From positions 2,080,001 through 2,144,000 of the forward strand of contig CAVSGO010000007.1 of assembly GCA_963727525.1 (NCBI GenBank): DNA of 64,000 nt, given 5' to 3'. This stretch comes from an uncultured bacterium (GTDB taxonomy: Bacteria; Krumholzibacteriota; Krumholzibacteriia; LZORAL124-64-63). A program made the position numbers and the translations under genes. The notes under the pieces are model-generated. The model made no database searches. It was not told where the DNA came from and saw nothing but the letters and a program-made list of their open reading frames with translations. Positions 36,228 to 45,652 of this stretch are shown here, one piece after another; within the stretch, counting starts at the first letter, position 1; the number at the start of each line of letters is the position of its first letter.

Positions 36228-37421
36228 ATGCGAACACTGCTACTGCTGAGTCTCACCATCGTCGTTGCCGCCGCTTGCCTCGTTCCCGAGGATGCCTCCG
36301 CCATCCCTGCCTTCGCGCGGCGCTACAAGCTATCGTGCACCACCTGCCACAATCCGTTTCCCCGTCTGAAGCCCTTCGGCGACGAGTTCGCGGCCAACGG
36401 CTTCTACCTCCCCGAGGACGACAAGGACCGCGACTACGTCATCGCGGGCGATCCCCTGCTGCGCCTGAACCGCGACTTTCCCGTCGCCATCCGCATGGAC
36501 CTGTGGGCGCAGTACGACCAGGGTCAGTCGGTCGAGACCGACCTGAAGACGCCCTGGGCCCTCAAGATGCTCTCCGGCGGCCCGCTCACGAAAGGCGTGG
36601 GCTACTACTTCTACTTCTTCATGTCGGAGGGTGGCGAGATCGTGGGCGTGGAGGACGCCTACCTGCATTTCAACGACCTCTTCGGCCAGCCCCTCGACCT
36701 GCTCGTGGGCCAGTTCCAGGTGTGCGACCCCCTGATGAAGCGTGAGCTGCGCCTCACCTTCGAGGACTACACCATCTACGGCACCGAGGTCGGCGACTCC
36801 CGTATCACCCTCACCTACGACCGCGGCCTGATGGCCTCGTACGCCGTCGAGGCCACCGGCACCGGCGTCATGGGCATGCTCCTGAACGGCAACGGCATTC
36901 CCGCGGCCGTCGACGACAAGATGGACCAGGACAAGTACAAGAACTGGGCCGTGCGCGTGGCCCAGGACGTGACGAAGTACGGCTCCGTGGGCGGCTTCTA
37001 CTACGACGGCAAGGAAGCGCCGCTCGGCGTGCCCGACAGCGACCGCACCAACGAGGCCACGTTCTGGGGCATCGACGCGCGCTGCGACTTCGAGACCGTG
37101 GCCGTCACGGCGCAGTACATGCACCGCGAGGACACGAATCCGGTCTTCGCCGCCTCCCCCGGCGACAAGGTCGAGACCAAAGGCCTGGTGATCGAGGCGG
37201 TGATCGCACCGCAGAAGGACCGCTCGCGCAACTACTTCACCCTGCTCTACAACCGCGTCGACGGGGATTGGTCCAGCAACGACTATGAGAGCTACACGGC
37301 CGGGATCACGCACCTCCTCGCCCGCAATCTGCGTCTGAACGGCGAGTTCACGCTGATCGCCGACGCGGTCGGACGCGAAGACGACAGCCGCGTGAGCATC
37401 GGACTCGTGGGCGCCTTCTAG
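36228..37421 (+). CDS. Cyc2-like monoheme cytochrome-porin fusion
   Basis: Signal peptide, then AIPAFARRYKLSCTTCHNPFPRLKPFGDEFAANG; amphipathic beta-strands (GYYFYFF, DLLVGQF); C-terminal Phe. Confidence 0.82.
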   Translation: MRTLLLLSLTIVVAAACLVPEDASAIPAFARRYKLSCTTCHNPFPRLKPFGDEFAANGFYLPEDDKDRDYVIAGDPLLRLNRDFPVAIRMDLWAQYDQGQSVETDLKTPWALKMLSGGPLTKGVGYYFYFFMSEGGEIVGVEDAYLHFNDLFGQPLDLLVGQFQVCDPLMKRELRLTFEDYTIYGTEVGDSRITLTYDRGLMASYAVEATGTGVMGMLLNGNGIPAAVDDKMDQDKYKNWAVRVAQDVTKYGSVGGFYYDGKEAPLGVPDSDRTNEATFWGIDARCDFETVAVTAQYMHREDTNPVFAASPGDKVETKGLVIEAVIAPQKDRSRNYFTLLYNRVDGDWSSNDYESYTAGITHLLARNLRLNGEFTLIADAVGREDDSRVSIGLVGAF

Positions 37422-37447
37422 CACCCCCGCAGGCTTCACCAGAGACA

Positions 37448-37475
37448 ACGGCCGGCGAGATGGTTCGCCGGCCGT
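37448..37475. terminator. Hairpin between the convergent cyc2-like gene and asnS
   Basis: ACGGCCGGCGA-gatggt-TCGCCGGCCGT. Confidence 0.7.
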
Positions 37476-37499
37476 GTCGTCGATACGCGTACGATCAGA

Positions 37500-38900
<1,401 letters not shown>

Positions 38901-39091
38901 CGGAACATCCTCACCGTTCGCAGCACCACGAGATTCGCCGGACCGCGCGGCCGGCGTCGAGGGAGCAAGATAACACGCACGCCCGCGAGCTACAACGCAC
39001 GCCCCGAAAACGTCGAAAATTCGCCTCAAGAGATCCCTAGGATCGCCGATCGTGTCCCCAGGCAACCGGTCACCCTGACGGGAGGAAAACC

Positions 39092-39748
39092 ATGCGCACC
39101 CTGATGATCGTTCTGGTCGCTGCAGTTCTGCTGGCGACTCCGGCCCTGGCCGAGCGGACTTATGACTACTACTGGCAGGTCGACGGCGCCACATTCCTGG
39201 GCTCCTTCGACAACTGCACGGGCGAACTGTCGTCCGACATGAACTTTCCCATGCACACCGGCTCCGCCCTGAAGCTCACGAAGACCATCAGCGTGACGGA
39301 GGGCTACTCGACGGGTTTCCTGGCGGCAGTCTGGAACCTCAACGAGGGCGACCAGGTCACCTACAGCTACTGGCGCTACGACGCCATCGTAGGCTATCCG
39401 CGCGTGCGCCTTTGGGCTCACTATAACGACGCCCTCGGCGCGCCCGACAACCGTAGCCATGACATGCTGGTCAACGATGGCCTGGCATACGGCAACAACT
39501 CCTTCGGGTACGAGTCGGGCTGGGAACAGGTCAGCTATACCTGGACCATGCCGGCCGGCCACGTGGGCCTGGTCATCGACTGTGTCATCTATGGCGACTA
39601 CGGCTCCGAGGTCTACGTCGACGACATGTCGATCACCGTTCCGGACAACGCCTGCGTGCAGGACCCCGCCGTCTACCACGACGAGATGGGTTCCCCCACG
39701 GCCGTCGAGGCACAGACCTGGGGCACCGTGAAGGCTCTGTTCCAGTAG
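39092..39748 (+). CDS. Secreted protein of unknown function (beta-rich, possibly CBM-like) with C-terminal WGxxK tail
   Basis: GGAGG RBS; signal peptide (..PALA-E); ends [17 protein letters not shown]. Confidence 0.85.
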   Translation: MRTLMIVLVAAVLLATPALAERTYDYYWQVDGATFLGSFDNCTGELSSDMNFPMHTGSALKLTKTISVTEGYSTGFLAAVWNLNEGDQVTYSYWRYDAIVGYPRVRLWAHYNDALGAPDNRSHDMLVNDGLAYGNNSFGYESGWEQVSYTWTMPAGHVGLVIDCVIYGDYGSEVYVDDMSITVPDNACVQDPAVYHDEMGSPTAVEAQTWGTVKALFQ

Positions 39749-39788
39749 TCCGCACCGCGCGACCGGACGATCGGATGATGAGGCGAAC

Positions 39789-39817
39789 AGGCGGCGGCCA
39801 GCGCATGGCCGCCGCCT
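39789..39817. terminator. Hairpin between convergent genes
   Basis: AGGCGGCGGCCA-gcgca-TGGCCGCCGCCT. Confidence 0.6.
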
Positions 39818-39849
39818 CGCCGCATCTCGGGCAGCCCGGACGATCCGGC

Positions 39850-40974
39850 CTACATCGGCAGGCGATTCCCCTTGCCGTAGCCCGTCATCTCGGCGTAGCC
39901 GGCACCGTCGGGACCGCCGGCGCCGGCGGAGCTTACCCGCACCGCACCTTCCCAGTAGAACAGCCGGCCGGCCCGCTCGCTCACGTTTTCCTGATCGTCC
40001 ACCGCGGCCGTGATCGCGAGATCCAGCCGCGCCGACGGGATCCGCAGGCGCCAGTCGACGGGATACGTGGCGTCCGTCGCCGCACTGTGCCAGCGGCGAG
40101 TCGGCGCCAGGTCCCAGTCGGAGGCCGTGAGGTCGCGGCGCGAACCGTCGGCGGCGAAGAGGCTCGCGTGCGCGAGGCTGGTGCTGCCGTCGGCGCGGCG
40201 CAGGCGGTAGATCATCAGATCGCGGCCGTCGTCGAGCTGGAGGCTGAACCAGTCCCAGCCCACCTGATCGGCGCCTAGCCGGCTCGAGAAGAATTCGCGG
40301 TCAAACCAGCTCGTACCGCGCACGACGAGGGTGTCGTCGCCCGCCGCCAGCGTGCCCGCAGTGGCGAGCCGCGTGATGCTGTAGTAGAGGCTGCCGGTGC
40401 CAGCGGCCGGGTCCTTGCGGCTGAAGCCACCATCGCCCTGCAATGCGATCGGGCGCAGGGGATCCAACCCGAGCGTGAACGCGAAGGCGCGCGGGACGTC
40501 GCCGGCGGCAATGTGGAACCCGCCCTCCCGTAGATCGATCTCCCAGCGGCCCGGCGTGCCGGCCGGCGCCACGGTCCACGCCAGTACGCTGTCGCCCGGC
40601 GCGCCGAAGCCGCCGAGGCCGGCCGCCGCGCGGTAGAGCACCTCGCTGAAGACATGGGTGCCACGGCTCAGGTCTGTGAGCGACGCGTGGCCCATGACGA
40701 GGTCGCTCGCCGCCCAGTCAGAGTCCAGATGCGGCGTCTGCGGGACCACGCCCACGCGAAACAGGGTGAACTGGAAGCCGAAGCGCCGGTCGGGATCGTC
40801 GATGGCGGCGAGCTGCCCGGTCACGTACCACCACTCCGTGCGGTAGCCGGGGTGCGCGTGGTGGTCTCGCGGAAACGCCCAGCGATACCCCGGCGCCGCC
40901 TGACGCCAGACCGGGGCCGCCGCGGCGAGCAACGCGAGGACCGCCATGGCAGCGAGCGCGGCGCGGCGGGTCAT
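39850..40974 (-). CDS. AttH/CrtC-like lipocalin-fold protein
   Basis: FPRDHHAHPGYRTEWWY, GFQFTLFR, YYSITRL, SWFDREF, GWDWFSLQL, YWEG, GYAEMTGY. Confidence 0.9.
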   Translation of the reverse strand: MTRRAALAAMAVLALLAAAAPVWRQAAPGYRWAFPRDHHAHPGYRTEWWYVTGQLAAIDDPDRRFGFQFTLFRVGVVPQTPHLDSDWAASDLVMGHASLTDLSRGTHVFSEVLYRAAAGLGGFGAPGDSVLAWTVAPAGTPGRWEIDLREGGFHIAAGDVPRAFAFTLGLDPLRPIALQGDGGFSRKDPAAGTGSLYYSITRLATAGTLAAGDDTLVVRGTSWFDREFFSSRLGADQVGWDWFSLQLDDGRDLMIYRLRRADGSTSLAHASLFAADGSRRDLTASDWDLAPTRRWHSAATDATYPVDWRLRIPSARLDLAITAAVDDQENVSERAGRLFYWEGAVRVSSAGAGGPDGAGYAEMTGYGKGNRLPM

Positions 40975-43553
40975 TGCAGATCCTCCCGGGTCAGCTCGGC
41001 CGCCGCGGTGCGGCTGCCGCGCAGCGCTGGCACGATGCTGGCCGCCAGCGCACCCGCGAGAACCCAGGCCGATTCGCGCAGCAGGTCGCCCACGGGCAGA
41101 CCGAAGCGGATCGTCCAGCCGAAGTAGGCGCGGTTGATGAGCAGGATGAGGATAGCGGCGAGCCCGGCACCGCCGATGGTGCCGAGCAGCAGTCCCGCCA
41201 GACCCATGGCGCCGGCCTCGCCCACGGCAAGCCCGAATACCTGGCGTTGCGTGGCGCCGAGCGCACGATAGAGCGCCAGTTCGGCGGCCCGCTCGCGCGC
41301 CATGATCACCAGGGTGAGCGAGATGCCACACACCGCGATGAGCAGCGCCATCGCCTGCAGGATCCGCGTGATGGCGAAGGTCTGGTCGAAGATGCCCATC
41401 ACCTCCTCGCGCAGGCGGCGATTGCTGCGAAAGACGAGCGGCCGTCCCGCGTAGGCGGCGCGCAGGGCATCGACCGTGTGTTCCACGTCCACGCCGGGGG
41501 CGACATACAGCGCGAGATTCGTGGCGCCGCCCGGCCCGTAGATCGCATCGAGAGTCGGACGCGTGACGAAGGCCGTGCCCGACTCCGTGCTGTAGTCGTA
41601 GCCCACGCCCACCACCTCGAGCGGCACCGGCCCGGATGGCCCGGCCACCCGCAGCGTGTCGCCGATACCGAGATGCGCCTTGCGCGAGAGAGGCTCGCTG
41701 ATGAGCACCGTGCCGCCCTCCCGCAAGCGCCGCTCCACCGCCTCGCGCTTGCCGGCGAGCAGCGGCAGTCGTGCCGCCCACGCGTCAGACTCGCGGCCGA
41801 GACGCCGCATGCCGCTGATGAAGAGGCGACGCCCTTCCACCGTGCGCGCCGTGACGCGCCGTTGGACGTCGGCCCCCACGATGTCCGGAAACCCGGCGAG
41901 CGAATCGGCGAGCGCATCGCCGAGCACGGCCTGGCTCCCGCCCTGCACCCACGACTCGGTGGACACGTAGACGTCGGCCCGCAGTGTGAGCCCGATCCAG
42001 GTCTCGAGGGTGCGGCGGAAACTGCCGATCTGCAGCGTGATGCCCACCATCATCGTCACCGTCACGGCCAGCGCGGCCACGGCGAAGCTCGTCGACTGCA
42101 AGCGCACGGCGAGGTTGCGCAAGCTCAGCCGCCAGCCGAAACCGCCCGGACGCACGCGACCGCAGCCGGCCCGCAGTAGCCAGGGCGTCACCAGCGGCAG
42201 CAACGCGAGTAGGGCGATCGCCAGCACGAAGCCGCTCGCCTTGACGCGCGTGCCGAAACTGATGAACCAGACGAGCGTCACCGCAGCGAGCCCGAGCGCA
42301 CCGAGCGCGAGGCGTGGCGCGGCCTTGCCCAGCTTTTCTTGCAGCCCCCCCGCGGCGAGCAGGGCGGCCGGATCGCGGCGGCTCATATCGGCCGCCGGCA
42401 ACCATGCACCCAGCAGCGCGCCACCCACGCCCACGGCCACCGCCACACCCGCGAGGACGGGCGGAAACGTGAGCTTCTCGATCGCGCTGAGCAGGTAGAT
42501 GTTGGTGAGCGTGCTGCTCACCGTGGCGACGTTGGCGCGGGCAGCGAGGTAGCCGAGCGGCAGGCCGAGCGCCGTGCCCGCCAGCCCCAGCATGCCGGCC
42601 TCCACGAGGATGAGTCCGAGCACCTGGCGCCGCGTGCCGCCCAGAGTGCGCAGCAGGCCGAACTCGCGGCGGCGGCGCACGAGGGAGGCATGGATGGCGG
42701 TGAAGATGAGGAACACGCCGACGAAGACGCTGATCAGGCTCAGGGCCGTGAGATTGAGCCGGAAGGCGGCCAGCAGACCGGCCGCATCCTGGTCGCGCTG
42801 ATCGGGCGTGACCACGCGCACGCCGGGACCGAGGACGGCCTGCAGCCGTGACTGCGCGCGCGCGACGTCCACGCCCTCGCGCACCGTGAGATCGATCTGC
42901 TGGATGCGCCCGCGCCGTCCGAACATCGCCTGCGCCTGCGCGATGTCCATGAGCGCCATCTTGCCGCTGGCCAGGGGCGCAAGCCGGCGAAAATCGACGA
43001 GTGCTCCCACGTGCAAGCACCACGCGCGGCTGCCGCTGCTGATGGCGATGGTGTCACCCTCGGCCAGGCCGTGCGCTGCCGCGAACCGGGGCGTGATCGC
43101 CACCCAACCGGGCTCCGTGAGCGCTGCGGCGAGCGCGTCGGGGGCCGGGGTAGCCCCGATCTCGCGCACCCGCTCGGCGGAGATCGGATAGCGCACGGGG
43201 GCAAAGAAGTCGATGCCGATCACCTCCAGGTACTCGGGCGAGCCCGGCGTGCCGGTGTGGGTTACGGCCACCGGCGTGTGCGTGAGCGGCCAGGCGGTGG
43301 CGACATCGCGATCGGCGAGCACCGCCACGAGCAGGGAGTCGGCCAGGTCGGGCCCCTGGCCGAGCACCGTGAGGTCGGCATCGCCGCTGACGGCCTGCAC
43401 GCCGCCGCTGAACGCGGCCAGGGCGCTCTGGTTGATCGTCTGGATGCACACCACCGACGCCACGCCGAGCGCCACGCCCACCACGGTGAGCGCATACAGC
43501 GTGCGCGAGCGGCGCAAGAGCGCGGGGAAGGCGCGGCGCAGATAGGCGATCAC
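40971..43553 (-). CDS. FtsX/MacB-family ABC permease (AttFG-like)
   Basis: GVALGVA, AFRLNLTALS, RRREFGLLRTLG, FDQTFAIT, INRAYFGW; GTG overlaps the ATPase stop. Confidence 0.9.
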   Translation of the reverse strand: MIAYLRRAFPALLRRSRTLYALTVVGVALGVASVVCIQTINQSALAAFSGGVQAVSGDADLTVLGQGPDLADSLLVAVLADRDVATAWPLTHTPVAVTHTGTPGSPEYLEVIGIDFFAPVRYPISAERVREIGATPAPDALAAALTEPGWVAITPRFAAAHGLAEGDTIAISSGSRAWCLHVGALVDFRRLAPLASGKMALMDIAQAQAMFGRRGRIQQIDLTVREGVDVARAQSRLQAVLGPGVRVVTPDQRDQDAAGLLAAFRLNLTALSLISVFVGVFLIFTAIHASLVRRRREFGLLRTLGGTRRQVLGLILVEAGMLGLAGTALGLPLGYLAARANVATVSSTLTNIYLLSAIEKLTFPPVLAGVAVAVGVGGALLGAWLPAADMSRRDPAALLAAGGLQEKLGKAAPRLALGALGLAAVTLVWFISFGTRVKASGFVLAIALLALLPLVTPWLLRAGCGRVRPGGFGWRLSLRNLAVRLQSTSFAVAALAVTVTMMVGITLQIGSFRRTLETWIGLTLRADVYVSTESWVQGGSQAVLGDALADSLAGFPDIVGADVQRRVTARTVEGRRLFISGMRRLGRESDAWAARLPLLAGKREAVERRLREGGTVLISEPLSRKAHLGIGDTLRVAGPSGPVPLEVVGVGYDYSTESGTAFVTRPTLDAIYGPGGATNLALYVAPGVDVEHTVDALRAAYAGRPLVFRSNRRLREEVMGIFDQTFAITRILQAMALLIAVCGISLTLVIMARERAAELALYRALGATQRQVFGLAVGEAGAMGLAGLLLGTIGGAGLAAILILLINRAYFGWTIRFGLPVGDLLRESAWVLAGALAASIVPALRGSRTAAAELTREDLQ

Positions 43554-44269
43554 GAGGCGTCCGCCGGACGGGTCTGCGGGTCGGCGGCATCGATATGCAA
43601 CACGCCGCTGTGCAGATGCCACACCTCATCGGCCAGCGCCGCTTGCTCGGCGCTGTGCGTGACGAAGAGCAGCGACGCCCCCTCCTGCCGCACGAGGCGC
43701 AGCAGCAGGTCCATCACGAGGCGACCGTTCTCGTCGTCGAGGTTGCCGGTGGGCTCGTCCGCCAGCACGAGCGGGGCCCGCATGAGCAGAGCGCGGCACA
43801 GCGCCACGCGCTGCATCTCGCCGCCGCTGAGGCGGCTCGCGCGGTCTTCGGCATGAGCGACCAGGTCGACGCGCGCCAGCAGGTCGCGCGCCCGCCTGCG
43901 CAACGACGCGGCGGCGTCGCCGGCGATCCAGCCAGGCAGCAGCACGTTGTCGAGCACCGTGAGGTGCGGCAGGAGATGGAAGAACTGGAAGAGGAGCCCG
44001 ACCTGACGCCGGCGCAGAAGCGTGCGCTCGCGCTCACCGAGCCGGGCGAGGTCCCGGCCGCCCACCTCCACGCGCCCGCTGGTCGGCACGTCGATGCCGG
44101 CGGCGAGATGCAGCAACGTCGACTTCCCGCTGCCGCTGCGGCCCACCAGCGCCACCGCGGCACCGGCCGGCAGGGCGAAGGTCACGTCACGCAGCACGTC
44201 CCGGCGCCGGCCGTCCGGCAGCGAAAAACTCCGGCATACGCGATGACATGCGAGAGCCACGTCGCTCAT
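43550..44269 (-). CDS. LolD/AttE-like ABC ATP-binding protein
   Basis: GRSGSGKST, FQFFHL, LSGGEMQR, LADEPTGNLD, VTH. Confidence 0.92.
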   Translation of the reverse strand: MSDVALACHRVCRSFSLPDGRRRDVLRDVTFALPAGAAVALVGRSGSGKSTLLHLAAGIDVPTSGRVEVGGRDLARLGERERTLLRRRQVGLLFQFFHLLPHLTVLDNVLLPGWIAGDAAASLRRRARDLLARVDLVAHAEDRASRLSGGEMQRVALCRALLMRAPLVLADEPTGNLDDENGRLVMDLLLRLVRQEGASLLFVTHSAEQAALADEVWHLHSGVLHIDAADPQTRPADAS

Positions 44270-44533
44270 CCTCACCTCCGGCGGCCGCGCGGCGCGGATC
44301 GCCGCGCGGCGTGGAAGTTAGCACGGACGACCGGGCCCGGCATCCCATCACGCCGCACTCGCACCCACCAGCACGGTCACGATCCGCGCCAGCAGGATCA
44401 GTGTGATGATGTCCATCGTCGTCGAGTGTTTCGCGTCCTCGATCGTCTCTGTGATCGTCTGTACCGTCGAACGTCTCCATCGTCAGCGCTTGATGATCCG
44501 CACGGCCGTCGTACGCGCAATCATCGCGCGTCC

Positions 44534-44716
44534 TTGACATTATATAGACATTACCGGACACGCCGAGGACAGGCCGCAGGATAGATCAAGAAGAGAAGAA
44601 TGGTTGTTTTTACTCAAAAAAAAGAACTTACGAGAAATTCAGCCCGGATATTCCGAGGCGTTCGCCGAGTCCGCGCTTGATCCGTGTCCACAGGTTGTCT
44701 ACCTTAACCTGTCCAC
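44534..44716. promoter_or_regulatory. Divergent promoters, each overlapped by TGTCnn direct repeats (CarH/LitR-like operators)
   Basis: Left array TTGACA/TAGACA/CGGACA/AGGACA with 11/10/11-bp spacing over a minus-strand TATAAT; right array TGTCCA/TGTCTA/TGTCCA over TTGATC-17 nt-TACCTT. Confidence 0.55.
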
Positions 44717-44764
44717 GGCGCAACTCCGATCGAATCCCGCGCCGCGGATACGAAGGAAGTCGAT

Positions 44765-45652
44765 ATGCTGCGACCGAGCGAGATCTCGGTGGCCATCGTG
44801 GGAGCCGGCGTCGCCGGGCTGAACTGTGCCGCGCGCCTCATGAGCATTGGCACGCGCGTGCGGCTGTACGACCGGGGACGAACCCCCGGCGGCCGCGCCA
44901 GGCGGCGGCGCGAGGGACCGTGGCGGTTCGACCACGGCGCGCCCGAACATGCCGAGCTGGTACGACGCCTCGCGGCCGGGCTCGCGATCGAATCGAGCAC
45001 CCGCATCACGAGCCTCGCCACCGATGCCGCAGGACGCTGGTATCTTACGCGCGACGGTGGTCCCGTCGCCGACACCTATGACTTCGTCGTACTCGCCATG
45101 CCGCCGGAGCAGGCGATCCCGTTGCTCGTCGAGACCCCCGGCCTCGCGCGCGTGGTGGCCCGGGTGAAACTCGAACCGCGCCTGGCGACCATGGTGGGGT
45201 TCCCGCGGACACTGGCCAGCACCCCCTCCGAGTGCATTCCCGCGTCCGGACCGCTCGCGTCGGCCCGCCGGCAGGTGCTGCACGGCTCCGCGCCAGCGGG
45301 AGACGCCTGGGTTCTCCAGGGTACAGCCGAGTTCAGCCGGGACAATCTCGAGTGCGACCTCGAGACCGTGGCCCGCCACCTCCTGCATGCATTCGCGGAC
45401 GAGGTCGGGTCTCTGCCCCCGACCTCCTACCTGCGCGGACACCGCTGGCGTTACGCCCGGACGGACCATCCCCTGGGCATGGACTGCCTCTTTGATTCCA
45501 CGCGCGGCATTGGAGTGTGCGGCGACTGGTGCCGCGGCGATGACGTGTTCGCGGCCCTGCTCAGCGGCCGCGCCATGGCGGCCCGCATCGCCGCCACGCA
45601 CGAACTCCCGCACATCCTCGACGAACGTCTCAGCCGAGAGACGGTGGCGTAG
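44765..45652 (+). CDS. Renalase-like NAD(P)/FAD-dependent oxidoreductase
   Basis: IVGAGVAG, FDHGA, HRWRYA, GVCGDW, ALLSG. Confidence 0.85.
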   Translation: MLRPSEISVAIVGAGVAGLNCAARLMSIGTRVRLYDRGRTPGGRARRRREGPWRFDHGAPEHAELVRRLAAGLAIESSTRITSLATDAAGRWYLTRDGGPVADTYDFVVLAMPPEQAIPLLVETPGLARVVARVKLEPRLATMVGFPRTLASTPSECIPASGPLASARRQVLHGSAPAGDAWVLQGTAEFSRDNLECDLETVARHLLHAFADEVGSLPPTSYLRGHRWRYARTDHPLGMDCLFDSTRGIGVCGDWCRGDDVFAALLSGRAMAARIAATHELPHILDERLSRETVA

